From contig JANNXU010000084.1 in NCBI GenBank assembly GCA_031409715.1, positions 63,704 to 127,703 of the forward strand: 64,000 bases of DNA. The letters are read 5' to 3'. The position numbers and the translations under genes are program-made. Shown in pieces: positions 39,401-48,436 of this stretch. Every line of letters begins with the position of its first letter. Within the stretch, counting starts at the first letter, position 1. The stretch comes from Gemmatimonadaceae bacterium (GTDB taxonomy: Bacteria > Gemmatimonadota > Gemmatimonadetes > Gemmatimonadales > Gemmatimonadaceae). The notes beneath the pieces were generated by a model. That model was not told where the DNA came from. It ran no database searches and saw only the letters and a list, made by a program, of their open reading frames with translations.

Positions 39401-39547
39401 GCCGCGGAAGGGGCCGACGGTGCGGAACCGGAGGGCCTGCGTGGCGCGCGGGTCGATGCCGCCAGGCAACGACTGCGCGACGAGTGGCAGGACGAGCGTG
39501 CTGCCGAGGAAGGCAGTGCGCAGCGAGCGGCGAATGGCAGGGTGCAT
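36491..39547 (-). CDS. Secreted BNR/Asp-box repeat protein (sortilin/VPS10-like beta-propeller)
   Basis: The N-terminus is MHPAIRRSLRTAFLGSTLVLPLVAQS. There are at least 10 S/T-x-D-x-G-x-T/S-W boxes (TTDAGASW, SDNAGRSW, TTNGGQSW, STDGGTTW, SDDGGNTW, LDGGRTW, SRDDGTTW, TTDYGRTW and others). Confidence 0.85.
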   Translation of the reverse strand: MHPAIRRSLRTAFLGSTLVLPLVAQSLPGGIDPRATQALRFRTVGPFRGGRVTTVTGVPQRKREFWMGASGGGVWKTTDAGASWNNVSDGFFSTGSIGSIRVAPSNPDIVWVGTGSDGIRSNVITGRGVYRSDNAGRSWRFVGLRDVGQIGAIVIHPTNPEVAFVAAQGSAFVNSPDRGVYRTTNGGQSWEKVLFVNDSTGITDITAKPGDPNTLYAAAWRGVRRPWAIISGSRDDGGVYRSTDGGTTWTKLGGGLPTGIIGKSNLAVSAAAPNRVYALFEAEVPKQGVYRSDDGGNTWTQTSSMNALVLRPFYYTNIDADPSNADNVFVQNETSFRSTDGGKTFTPMVTPHGDNHDIWINPTDPDIMVQSNDGGANVTLDGGRTWSTQYNQGTSELYQVFVDNHYPYRLYAAQQDNTTVIVPSLPIFATLPDQPIQHWQQGPGCETGPIVPSPWNSDVVYGACKGQFSRMSLRTGQEQNSWIGAQSLYGNDPKDLIYRFQRVSPLDVSPNTRGTIYMASQFLHRSRDDGTTWERISPDLTANTPETQVVSGGPITRDVTGEEYYSTLYAIKESPIEPGVIWTGSNDGPVHVSRNNGQSWTKVTPPDLPPGGRVQGIDISHHRKGTAYVAVYRYMLGDFKPYAYRTTDYGRTWTRLTTGTNGVPDDTPTRVVREDPERQGLLYLGTEFGLYVSLNDGASWQPMQRNLPVVPITDIKVHRRDLVLSTMGRAFWILDDVSPLLQYTDAMAAKKAALQAPRPAIRWRHSASPAGPGTPEYPAAGAIINYWLGSKPTTAPVLEIRSATGAVIRSFTTAGVGARTTTEQAMPAPRRGTAVATALTDSVGANRFTWDLMHAASPGGRGPMVAPGRYTVRLIVDGDTLTQALLVQADPRVKADGLTDEMLVAQERHELAVRTALAEARSVAARARDVRTQVQARGTPMTREAEDIVRALETAEGRYQSPKLVAQLEYLYTMTLGADQRVPRDAAQRLVTLKAELARIVRRLEALSRMTTAASLVP

Positions 39548-39638
39548 GGCAGCGGGCGCTGGGGGAAAGGAGAGACTCCCCATTTTACGCGCTGTGCAGT
39601 CGGAGCGCTCTCCCTGCACCGGCCGTTGCGGGGTGGAG

Positions 39639-41024
39639 CTAGAGCTGTCCGGTGGATCCCCAGCGCTGCAGGCGCGCCTGGTATGCCGGATCGTCGTACC
39701 GCTCGAGGCGGAACGCCGGCGCGTATGGAGGAAGCGTGTCGCCCGTGACCGCCGCCGCCACCAGCTCGGCACCGGCGGGGGCGGCCATCAGCCCGTAGCC
39801 GGAGAGGGCGGCGTGCACATACGCCCCCGCCACCGGCAGCGCCCCGATCAGCGGGCGGTTCTCGGCCGTCTTGGTGTAGTAGCCGCCGTCCACATACATC
39901 GGCGGGAGTCGGTCCAGATACCGGGCCAGGCCGGGCGCGAGGCGCACCATGCCGCGCATCACGACCTCGGGGTAGAAGGGATCATCGGGCAGCGGCAACT
40001 CGGCGGTCTGATAGCGATGCGTGCTGTGATAGTCCCAAAGCATCAGCACCGTCTGGTTGTTGCGATAGCCCTCGGGACGGAGATGAATGCCGGCGGGCAT
40101 GGGCAGGGTGAGCCAGCGCGTGGCGTCATCGGCGGCGAGGTCGGCGCGTTCGTCGTCGTTCCACTCGAGCTGCTGCGCATCGTCGAGGATGACGAGGCCG
40201 GTGTTGCGGTCGATGACGCCGAGTGTGTCCTCGAACGCGACCTTGAGGTGCATCTCGGAGAAGAGCGGGAGGTCCACGCCGGTGAGCTGCGCGACCTCAC
40301 GGGCGAAGGGACCGGCGCAATTGACGAACGCGCGCGTCTGCAGCGTGACATCGGTGCCGTCGGTGCACGCGACGTGTACCGCGCTGACGTGTCCTGCCTC
40401 GCAGGTGACGGACTCCACGCGACCGCTCAGCAGCGTGGCACCCGCGGCGCGCGCCTCGTCCAGCAGGTACATGCCGAGCTGCTGCCCGCTCATCCAGCCG
40501 CAGCGGCGCGCGTGCAGCACCGCGACGACGGCGGGGTCGAGGAATGGGAAGTGCGCGCGGATCGCGTCGCGATCGAGAAAGAGGTCGGCGCCGGTGGGAT
40601 GATCGCGCCAGCCGGTGTGGGCGCTGGGCTGGTAGGCAGCGGCGTCGGCGAGGCTGCGATAGGTGCGCAGATCGCCGGCGCCTTGTGCCGATGCGAGCGC
40701 CGCGTCGCGCATGAACTGCGCCGCCTTGTCGGCATCGGTGGTGGCGTAGACGTAGCCGCGTCGATTGAGCAGGAAGCGGTCACCGCTGGCATCGGCCCAC
40801 TGCTCCAGCAGGTCGATGCTGCGGTTCATGAATTGCACCATCGCATCGTCGGGACCGGGCCACCAGTTGCGATAGGCCTCGGTGGACTTGTCGCTGGTGA
40901 GCGTGAGCGGCGAGCGCTCGTCGACGATCGTGATGTGCCGCACGCCGCGGAGGGCGAGGGCATGTGCGGTGGCGATGCCGGCGATGCCGGCGCCGCAGAT
41001 GACGACGTCGCTGGTGCGTGACAT
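39639..41024 (-). CDS. FAD-dependent oxidoreductase (DAO family)
   Basis: MSRTSDVVICGAGIAGIATAHAL carries the GxGxxG motif. The start is moved to ATG 41022-41024. Length is 461 aa. Confidence 0.85.
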   Translation of the reverse strand: MSRTSDVVICGAGIAGIATAHALALRGVRHITIVDERSPLTLTSDKSTEAYRNWWPGPDDAMVQFMNRSIDLLEQWADASGDRFLLNRRGYVYATTDADKAAQFMRDAALASAQGAGDLRTYRSLADAAAYQPSAHTGWRDHPTGADLFLDRDAIRAHFPFLDPAVVAVLHARRCGWMSGQQLGMYLLDEARAAGATLLSGRVESVTCEAGHVSAVHVACTDGTDVTLQTRAFVNCAGPFAREVAQLTGVDLPLFSEMHLKVAFEDTLGVIDRNTGLVILDDAQQLEWNDDERADLAADDATRWLTLPMPAGIHLRPEGYRNNQTVLMLWDYHSTHRYQTAELPLPDDPFYPEVVMRGMVRLAPGLARYLDRLPPMYVDGGYYTKTAENRPLIGALPVAGAYVHAALSGYGLMAAPAGAELVAAAVTGDTLPPYAPAFRLERYDDPAYQARLQRWGSTGQL

Positions 41025-41031
41025 GGGGCGA

Positions 41032-41037
41032 AGGATA
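41032..41037 (-). promoter_or_regulatory. Putative -10 box TATCCT, 7 nt upstream of the ATG (leaderless candidate)
   Basis: The minus strand reads CACTATCCT-tcgcccc-ATG. Confidence 0.35.
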
Positions 41038-41159
41038 GTGACCCCGGGCAGGCATGGCGGCGGAATGTTGAGGCGTGCGTGATTCTGGTGATGGTCGGAG
41101 CGGGTGGTGGTATCGTCGGTGGTGTCCACTTGCCCCTGCCACCGCACCGCTGCCAGACC

Positions 41160-41774
41160 ATGACCATGCCTGCCCTCGAAACGCGCCGCTGGTCGGCCGA
41201 CGACGTTCGTGCGCTGCCTGACACACCGGGACAGCGGTTCGAATGTGTGGATGGGGCGCTGCTCGTGACGCCGTCGCCCACACGGTCGCACCAGTGGATG
41301 ATAGCCGACCTGCTGCGGATGCTCGAGGCCTATGCACGTGCCGAGGGCGTCGGCACGGCGCTGATGGCACCGAGTGATGTCGAGCTGGATGCGCACACGC
41401 TCGTGCAGCCGGACCTGTACGTCCTTCCGCTGGTCGATGGGCGGCGCCCGTATGATGATGCGGAGGTCGGCGTGCCGCTGCTGTTCATCGAGGTGCTGTC
41501 GCCCAGCACGTCGCGCTTCGATCGTGTCGTGAAGCGGCAGCGCTACCAGCGTCAGGGCATCGAGTACTGGATCGTGGACCTCGACGCGCGGCTGGTGGAA
41601 CGCTGGCTGCCGACGGCCACGAGTCCGGAGATCATCTCCGGCACGATCACCTGGCAGCCCGTCGGTGCCGGCACGATGCTGTCGCTCGACGTGGCGCCGC
41701 TGTTCAATGAGGCGATGGGTGTGCCGCCGGACATGACACGGTCACTGCTGCCGCGTCGGAAGCCGACGGCCTGA
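41160..41774 (+). CDS. Uma2-family (DUF820) PD-(D/E)XK endonuclease, second copy
   Basis: Hallmarks: W.ADDV..LPDTPGQRFECVDGALLVTPSP, VQPDL, FIEVLSPST, KRQRYQRQGIEYWIVD. The start is at ATG 41160. Confidence 0.85.
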   Translation: MTMPALETRRWSADDVRALPDTPGQRFECVDGALLVTPSPTRSHQWMIADLLRMLEAYARAEGVGTALMAPSDVELDAHTLVQPDLYVLPLVDGRRPYDDAEVGVPLLFIEVLSPSTSRFDRVVKRQRYQRQGIEYWIVDLDARLVERWLPTATSPEIISGTITWQPVGAGTMLSLDVAPLFNEAMGVPPDMTRSLLPRRKPTA

Positions 41775-41971
41775 TCGCGGACGGCAAGGCTGTGGCTGCC
41801 GCGTGCATCACACTGTCCGGCAGCAGCACCACCACCGTGGTGCCCGATCGACGAGGGCGAGTGACGCGGCAGCGGCGGATCAGCGCCACCGCATCGCCCC
41901 GCGTTGGCAGGCGGGCGCACGTCAGGCACATTGTGCAGCGCTTGCCCTGATGACCCTCCCGCCGCCCCACC

Positions 41972-44491
41972 ATGCGATTCCTCCCGTTCGCGCTCCTGCT
42001 CACGCTCGCACCGGCACTGGGCGCCCAGCAGCGTCCGGCCACCCCGCCGGCGCCCGGCACCACGCCCCCCGCTGCCGCCCCCGCCGCCACCCCTGATGCG
42101 GCGGCGGCAGCGCGGCGTGGTCCACGCCCGTACGCCCAGGTCATCACCGGTCGCGCCGTCACCCGCGCCGGCATGATCACCGTGCACAAGGTGGACGAGA
42201 AGTGGTTCTTCGAGGTGCCGGACTCGATCCTCGGCCGCGACCAGTTGCTCGTTTCGCGCATCGCCGGGGTGCCGGCCGGCTTCGACGGCTTCATCTCGGC
42301 CGGCAGCAGCCTGAACGAGCGGCTGGTCCGCCTCGAGCGCGTGGGTGACCGGGTGGTGCTGCGCGCCCTGAGCGCGAGCGCGTACGCCGACGATTCACTC
42401 GCGATTGCGATCTCGGTCCGCGTGAACAACGTGGGCGCCGTGCTGGGGGCGTTCCCGATCCAGGCGTTCGGCCGCGACAGCGCGTCGTACGTGCTGGACG
42501 TGACGGACTTCTTCTCGGGCGACACGCCGGCGCTCTCGGGGCTCGACGCCGCTCAGCGTCGCACGTATCAGGTGCGGCGCCTCGATCCCGCGCGCTCGTC
42601 GCTGGACAACATCAAGAGCTTCCCGATGAACGTCGAGGTGTCGCACACGCAGACCTTCGATGCGGGCGCGCCACCGTCGGATGCCGATGCGGCGACCATC
42701 ACGCTGGCCATGCGCCAGTCGCTGGTGCTGCTGCCCAAGGTGCCGATGCGGCCGCGCATCGCCGATGATCGCGTCGGCTTCTTCTCGGTGAATCGCATCA
42801 ACTACGGCCTCGACGAGCAGAAGGCGGCGACCGAGACGTTCATCCGCCGCTGGCGGCTCGAGCCAAAGGACCCCGCGGCCTATGCACGCGGTGAACTGGT
42901 GGAGCCGATCAAGCCGATCGTGTATTACCTCGATCCCGCGACGCCCGCCAAGTGGCGGCCGTACGTTCGTGCCGGCGTGAATGCGTGGGCGAAGGTGTTC
43001 GAGCGCGCCGGCCTCCGGAACGCGGTGCAGGCCAAGGACGCCCCTGCCAAGGCGCAGGACCCCGACTGGGATCCCGAGGACATCCGCTACTCGGTGGTGC
43101 GCTGGACCGCCTCCACCGTGCGCAACGCCGTGGGACCGAGCACGTCGGATCCGCGCACCGGCGAGATCATCGAAAGCGACATCACCTGGTACCACAACCA
43201 CATGCGGTCGTACCGCAACCGGCTGATGATCGAGACGGGCGCCGCGAATCCGGCGGTGCGCACGCTCGACATCCCGGAAGAGGTGATGGGTGAGACGATG
43301 ACCCAGGTGATCACCCACGAGGTGGGACACGCACTCGGCCTGCCGCACAACATGATCGCGTCGGCGTCGTTCCCGACCGACTCGCTGCGGTCACGGAGCT
43401 TCACGTCGAAGTACGGCGTGTCGGGGACGATCATGGACTATGCGCGACAGAACTACGTGGCGCAGCCGGGCGACGGGCTGGCGCCGAAGGACTTCATCCG
43501 CCGCCTTGGCCCGTTCGATGATTTCGTGATCGAGTGGGGCTACCGTGTGCTGCCCACGGCCGCCACACCAGCCGCGGAGCGCCCCATGCTCGAGCGCATG
43601 CTGCGCAGCTCGACGGGGATGTTCGCGTATCGCTACCTGCCGCAGCAGCTCGTGGGCATCGATCCGCGGGCGCAGACCGAGGACCTCGGCGACGATCCGG
43701 TGAAGGCCACTACGTATGCGCTGACCAACTTGAAGACGGTGGTGCCGCAGATCGTGCGGTGGACGTCACGCCCCGGCGAAGACTACGGCGACCTGGCCGA
43801 AATCCACGGCGAGGTGCTGGGGATGTGGTCCACGTACATGGGCCACGTGACGAATGTCGTCGGGGGTATGCGCATCGACCAGAAGGTGTCGGATCAGGCG
43901 GGCCCGGTGTGGCAGGTGCTGCCGGTGGCCCGTCAGCGCGCCGCGCTGCGGTTCCTGACGGCGCAGGCGTTCGACACGCCGGAATGGCTGGTGCCGGCCG
44001 ACGTGATCAACCGCATCGGGCCAGCGGCGACTGGCGCCGGCGCACTCGCCGCGCGGCAGGCGGCGGTGCTGACGGCGCTCACGCAGCCCGCGCGGCTGGA
44101 TCGCATGGCGCAGGGCACGGCGTTGGAGCCGGGCGTGGGCTACGACGTGGCCGGCTATCTCGGTGAACTCACCAGCGCCGTGGTCGGCACGAGCGCGCCG
44201 GACGCCAATCGCCGCCTGCTGCATCGAGTGTACCTCGAACGGATGCAGGCGCTGATCGACCCGCCGGCACCACCGGCCGCGGCACCGGGGCAGGGCGGCG
44301 GTGGCGGCGGCTTCGGCGCGCCGCAGGTGAACGTGCGCCGCACCGACATCTCGGCATCGGCACGGGCGCAGGTGCGTGCGCTGGCGAGTGCGGCGCGCGT
44401 GAAGGCCGTGACGGCACCGGCCGGTGTACAGAAGGCGCACTGGCAGGACCTCGCCGACCGGGCGCAGGCGATCCTGGATCCGCGCCGGTAG
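41972..44491 (+). CDS. Secreted zinc-dependent metalloprotease (large HEXXH protease, DUF5117/DUF4953-like architecture)
   Basis: The signal peptide is MRFLPFALLLTLAPALGAQQ and the zincin motif is ITHEVGHALGLPHN. Length is 839 aa. The domain-family naming is from memory. Confidence 0.85.
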   Translation: MRFLPFALLLTLAPALGAQQRPATPPAPGTTPPAAAPAATPDAAAAARRGPRPYAQVITGRAVTRAGMITVHKVDEKWFFEVPDSILGRDQLLVSRIAGVPAGFDGFISAGSSLNERLVRLERVGDRVVLRALSASAYADDSLAIAISVRVNNVGAVLGAFPIQAFGRDSASYVLDVTDFFSGDTPALSGLDAAQRRTYQVRRLDPARSSLDNIKSFPMNVEVSHTQTFDAGAPPSDADAATITLAMRQSLVLLPKVPMRPRIADDRVGFFSVNRINYGLDEQKAATETFIRRWRLEPKDPAAYARGELVEPIKPIVYYLDPATPAKWRPYVRAGVNAWAKVFERAGLRNAVQAKDAPAKAQDPDWDPEDIRYSVVRWTASTVRNAVGPSTSDPRTGEIIESDITWYHNHMRSYRNRLMIETGAANPAVRTLDIPEEVMGETMTQVITHEVGHALGLPHNMIASASFPTDSLRSRSFTSKYGVSGTIMDYARQNYVAQPGDGLAPKDFIRRLGPFDDFVIEWGYRVLPTAATPAAERPMLERMLRSSTGMFAYRYLPQQLVGIDPRAQTEDLGDDPVKATTYALTNLKTVVPQIVRWTSRPGEDYGDLAEIHGEVLGMWSTYMGHVTNVVGGMRIDQKVSDQAGPVWQVLPVARQRAALRFLTAQAFDTPEWLVPADVINRIGPAATGAGALAARQAAVLTALTQPARLDRMAQGTALEPGVGYDVAGYLGELTSAVVGTSAPDANRRLLHRVYLERMQALIDPPAPPAAAPGQGGGGGGFGAPQVNVRRTDISASARAQVRALASAARVKAVTAPAGVQKAHWQDLADRAQAILDPRR

Positions 44492-44569
44492 GTCGTCAGC
44501 GGTTGGCACGGGGGCCGTGATGGCGCATCGGTCGGGTCGGATCCGCGCCGGTAGGTCGTCAGCGGTTGG
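44476..44569. repeat. 31-bp perfect direct repeat (63-bp period) duplicating the last codons and stop of the protease gene
   Basis: GGATCCGCGCCGGTAGGTCGTCAGCGGTTGG occurs at 44476-44506 and again at 44539-44569. Confidence 0.95.
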
Positions 44570-44607
44570 TGCGAGGGGTGAGCGTCGCGCGCATTAGGCG
44601 CGGGCGC

Positions 44608-46374
44608 TCACCCCTTCGTGCGTGCCCGTCGCGAGGCGCGCGCGGGGGTGATGGCCAGCAGCCCTCGTTCCACCAGCACCGGCGGCGCCCGCCAGCGGCC
44701 CGCGCGCTCCCACGCGGCGGCCAGTGCGAGCAGGTCGCCATCGGCCCAGGGGCGTGCCGAGAACTCCAGTCCGAACGGCAGGCCGCTGCCGTAGGTGCCG
44801 GCGGGCACCACGACGGCCGGCACGCCGATCATGTTCACCCAGCTCGTGTTGGAGTGCGGACCACCGCTCAGCTGGCCGTCCTGCGGCATGCTTTCGTCCG
44901 GCGGCGGCATCTGGATCGCCGGATAGACCAGTCCATCGAGCTTGAGACGATCGAGCGTCGCGACGTACTCTGCCAGCATCGCGCGGCGCGGGTCGTGATA
45001 CAGGCGTTCGGCCTGTGGATCGGTGGCCAAGGCGCGCTGATCGAGTCGTACGCCGGCGATGTTGCGGAAGCCGTCCTCGGTGCCGATCGACGACGTGAAC
45101 AGCGGACCGCCCACTACCGTCTGATACTCGACGGCACTGTGATAGCTGGCGGGACCGAAGCGACCGAGAAACTGGTCCGTGCCATCGCGCATGTAGGCGT
45201 ACGTCGAGACGCGACTGGCGAGGCGAGCGAAGCCCACCGGCAGGATGTCGTCGGTGATCACGACTTCCGCGCCCGCCGCGCGCAGTGCCGCGACGGCCTT
45301 CAGGAACATCGCGCGGGTGTCGTCGTGCAGCGGAATGTTGGCGACGGTGCGCGCCCGCTCGAACGCCGCGGCGCTGGCCGTGGACGGAATGCCGTGGAAG
45401 GGCACACCGTCGCCGTTCAACACGAACGCCGGCACGCCGAAGCGCTTGCCCTCGAGCGAGGCGGACGTGAGTGACGCATCGTATGACGTGCGGCGCGCAG
45501 TGGCTGGCGCCTGCAGCGTGACCGGGTCGAGCGAGTCGGCGCCCGCCATCACCGCCAGTGCGATCGCGGCGTCACCGGCGGTGCGTGCGATGGGGCCGGT
45601 GTTGTCGAGCAGCCAGTCGAGCGGTGCGATGCCGGCGATCGAGACCAGCCCGCGCGTCGGGAAGACGCCGACCAGCGCGCTGGTGGCGGCTGGCATGCGG
45701 ATGGAGTTGCCCGTGTCGGTGCCATTGCCGAGCACCGCCATGTTGGCGGCGATGGCCGTGACCACGCCGCCGGAGGATCCGCCGGGCGAGAATCGCACGT
45801 CGTACGCGTTACCGGTGCGCCCGAACGAGGTGCTGCGGTTGGTGTCGCTGTTGGCGAGATCCGGCATGTTCGCGATACCGACGATGATCGCGCCGGCGGC
45901 ACGCAGCCGCGCCACGACGGTGGCGTCGTGCGGCGCCACGAGCTCGTGTCCTGCCCGCGTGAAGCCACTCCAGCCGGCGGTGGTGATCTCACCGGCGATG
46001 CTGGTGTTGGCCTTGATCACGATCGGCACGCCCCACAGCGGGCCGTGCGGCGCGCCAGCCGGTGCGGCATCCTGCCGTGCCGCCTCGGCGAGGGCCTCGT
46101 CACGCAGCACCGTCTCGATGGCCCCGTAGATGCCGTTGTAGCGATCGATGCGGGCGAGGTGCCACTGCACGACCTGTGTCACGGTGTACGTCTTCGCGGC
46201 GTAGAGGTCGCGGAGATGTGGCACCGTGACGTCGAGCAGGTCGCGGTCGATGGCGGGGATCGCGGCTGGGGCGTCGGTGCTGGTCGCTGTGGCGGAGGCG
46301 CCGGGTGACGGCTGGCAGCTGGCGGAGAGGCTGATCGCCGCGATCAGCGCGGCACGGGTGAGGCGCATGGTCAT
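44608..46374 (-). CDS. Amidase (amidase-signature family), secreted/lipoprotein
   Basis: The N-terminus is MTMRLTRAALIAAISLSASC. The signature GGSSGG sits in the context SPGGSSGGVVTAIA. Confidence 0.88.
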   Translation of the reverse strand: MTMRLTRAALIAAISLSASCQPSPGASATATSTDAPAAIPAIDRDLLDVTVPHLRDLYAAKTYTVTQVVQWHLARIDRYNGIYGAIETVLRDEALAEAARQDAAPAGAPHGPLWGVPIVIKANTSIAGEITTAGWSGFTRAGHELVAPHDATVVARLRAAGAIIVGIANMPDLANSDTNRSTSFGRTGNAYDVRFSPGGSSGGVVTAIAANMAVLGNGTDTGNSIRMPAATSALVGVFPTRGLVSIAGIAPLDWLLDNTGPIARTAGDAAIALAVMAGADSLDPVTLQAPATARRTSYDASLTSASLEGKRFGVPAFVLNGDGVPFHGIPSTASAAAFERARTVANIPLHDDTRAMFLKAVAALRAAGAEVVITDDILPVGFARLASRVSTYAYMRDGTDQFLGRFGPASYHSAVEYQTVVGGPLFTSSIGTEDGFRNIAGVRLDQRALATDPQAERLYHDPRRAMLAEYVATLDRLKLDGLVYPAIQMPPPDESMPQDGQLSGGPHSNTSWVNMIGVPAVVVPAGTYGSGLPFGLEFSARPWADGDLLALAAAWERAGRWRAPPVLVERGLLAITPARASRRARTKG

Positions 46375-46442
46375 GGCGCGAAACGTATAATGCCGCGTGA
46401 TCGGCGCGACCCGGCCGACTGCGGTGCGGGCGCCGACCCGAC

Positions 46443-47447
46443 CTAGAACACCGCGTGCTCCCCCCGCTCCGCTCCGTCGCCGGTACGCGCCAGCCTGGCG
46501 TAGTAGTCGAACAACGTCTCGGCCCCCGTTTCCGGCGTGGCCTCCGCATCGTATCGGCCGCGCTGTGGATCCCACACGAGCATCGACTCCGTCGCATAGT
46601 ACCGACCGATGCGCGCCAGCTCCGCCTTGTCCGCGAGCGGTGGGATGACGCGGCCGAGCGTGCCGAGTACGGCGATGATCACATCGAGCATCGCCACCGG
46701 CACCTGCGTGAACCTCGGCGGACGGTCGAGCAGCGCGAAGAGTCGGTCACCCTGCTGGCGCGGCGTGATGGCGGGGCCCGGGCCGCCGATGTTCAGGATG
46801 CGGTTCTGCCGTGCGGGATCGTCGAGGCAGTCGGCGAGGTAGGCGCCCAGATCATCATCGCTGATCGGCTTGCAGGCCGTCAGCGACCCGTCACCGAAGA
46901 GCAGGAACGGCTTGCCGCTGCGCACCCGGTCGATCTGTCCCGACAGCGACTTGAAGAACGCAGTCGCCCGCACGATGGAGTACGTCACGCCCGATGCGAT
47001 CAGCGCCTGCTCGAACGCGAGCTTGGCGTGCTGAAACGCCAGCTTGGGCTTCTGCACGCAGATCGCGGACAGCAGCACCATCTGCGTCACGCCGTGCTGC
47101 TGGGCCACCTGCAGGGCGTGCAGGTGCGCCTGATGGTCCACGGCCCACGCATCCTTGGGCGCGCCGGTGCGTGATGCCATGCAGGAGACGAGTGCGTCGA
47201 AGTGCTCGCCCCGGAAAACGTCGCGGGCGAGTGAGGCGGGATCCCCGACGTCACCGGTGCGGATGGTGGCGCCGGGGATCGTGATGGCGTCGGCGGCGCG
47301 GTCGCGCGTGGTGCGGACGACGCACACCACCGCATGCCCACGCTGCACCAGCGCGCGCACCGTGGCGCGCCCGATCGTGCCGGTGGCGCCGAGCATGATG
47401 ATGCGCCGCGGGGAGGATGATCGGATGGCGGAGTGTGGCGTCGTCAC
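46443..47447 (-). CDS. NAD(P)H-binding reductase of the BciA/DVR (divinyl chlorophyllide 8-vinyl reductase) family
   Basis: Motifs span the whole length: GATGTIGR, LLSAICVQKP, AKL.FE, SIVR.TAFFKSLSGQ, GDGSLTACKPIS, IGGPG, IGRYYATESML. They are collinear with plant/bacterial DVR as I recall it. Confidence 0.75.
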   Translation of the reverse strand: MTTPHSAIRSSSPRRIIMLGATGTIGRATVRALVQRGHAVVCVVRTTRDRAADAITIPGATIRTGDVGDPASLARDVFRGEHFDALVSCMASRTGAPKDAWAVDHQAHLHALQVAQQHGVTQMVLLSAICVQKPKLAFQHAKLAFEQALIASGVTYSIVRATAFFKSLSGQIDRVRSGKPFLLFGDGSLTACKPISDDDLGAYLADCLDDPARQNRILNIGGPGPAITPRQQGDRLFALLDRPPRFTQVPVAMLDVIIAVLGTLGRVIPPLADKAELARIGRYYATESMLVWDPQRGRYDAEATPETGAETLFDYYARLARTGDGAERGEHAVF

Positions 47448-47457
47448 GGTGCGGTCG

Positions 47458-47477
47458 GGTCAGGTCAGGTCAGGTCA
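47458..47477. repeat. Pentanucleotide microsatellite (GGTCA)4
   Basis: It lies 10 nt upstream (on the minus strand) of the GTG start of the BciA-like gene. Confidence 0.9.
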
Positions 47478-47540
47478 GGTGGTGCGTGCCTGCGCGCGCC
47501 GCGTACCTGCATGTCCGCGTGCAGTGTGCGTGGCGGTGGC

Positions 47541-48422
47541 TCACGCACGCGGGGCGGGGTGGTCGAGCGCGGCCTCGAGGGCATCGGCGAACGCGGATGG
47601 TGCGTCGGGGTGCATGCGCAGGTAGAGCGACGGCTCGATCAGCTCCACCTCCATCACCGCCAGCGATCCGTCGTCGAGGCGGATCAGGTCCACGCGGACC
47701 TGCAGCGGCACCGGGGCGATGGCGGCCAGCACCCGTTCTGCCACGCGACGCAGGTCCGGTGACGCCGGAATCGCGATGATCTCGCCGCCATGTTCTTCCT
47801 GCACGCGGAAGTCGCCGGGCTTCGGCACTTTCTGGATGGCGTGGCTGAGCCGGCCGCCGAAGTAGAAGATCGAGTACTCGCCTTCGGTGATCACCGAGCG
47901 CAGGAACGGCTGCGCGAACCAGTCGCGATCGGCGAAGGTGTCGGTGAGCTGCTGCAGCATCACATCGCCGAGTGGAGCGCGCAGGCGGAAGGTGTCCGTC
48001 GCGCCGCCGCTGATGTTTGGCTTGATGACGATCTCCGTCTCCTGCAGCGTCGCGAAGAGCGCGGCGAAGACCGCCGGCGTCCCACCCCTGCCCCACACCG
48101 ACGGGACCACCGGCACGCCGCGCTGTTCGAGGATGCGGAGGTACCGCTTGTCGAGGTTCCACTCGACGACGCTGACGGGGTTCTCGAGCCGTGTGCCGCT
48201 GGCCTCGATCTGCCGCAGCGTGGCGAGGAATTCCGTGGCGCGATCGTGGTAATCCCAGGTGGTGCGGATCACGACCAGGTCGAACCGGCTCCAGTCGGTG
48301 GGCACCGACCAGGGCAGCTCCACTGCGTCCCAGCCACGGCGCGTGAGCTCGGTGATGGCGAGGGCGTCGTCGATCACGAAGTCGCCCACCGCCTCGAGTG
48401 TGAGGAATGCCACGCTTGGCAT
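47541..48422 (-). CDS. ATP-grasp domain protein (RimK / glutathione-synthetase-like)
   Basis: MPSVAFLTLEAVGDFVIDD...IRTTWDYH...NLDKRYL...IVIKPNISGGA...EVELIEPSL. The start is at ATG 48420-48422. Confidence 0.75.
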   Translation of the reverse strand: MPSVAFLTLEAVGDFVIDDALAITELTRRGWDAVELPWSVPTDWSRFDLVVIRTTWDYHDRATEFLATLRQIEASGTRLENPVSVVEWNLDKRYLRILEQRGVPVVPSVWGRGGTPAVFAALFATLQETEIVIKPNISGGATDTFRLRAPLGDVMLQQLTDTFADRDWFAQPFLRSVITEGEYSIFYFGGRLSHAIQKVPKPGDFRVQEEHGGEIIAIPASPDLRRVAERVLAAIAPVPLQVRVDLIRLDDGSLAVMEVELIEPSLYLRMHPDAPSAFADALEAALDHPAPRA

Positions 48423-48436
48423 CAGTGTGTTCGCCA

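Noticed and set aside
46386-46391. A perfect TATAAT hexamer on the plus strand upstream of the amidase start.
   Set aside because: On the plus strand it would only drive antisense transcription into the reductase gene. On the minus strand it reads ATTATA, 11 nt from the ATG. The orientation and role are ambiguous, so it was not called.
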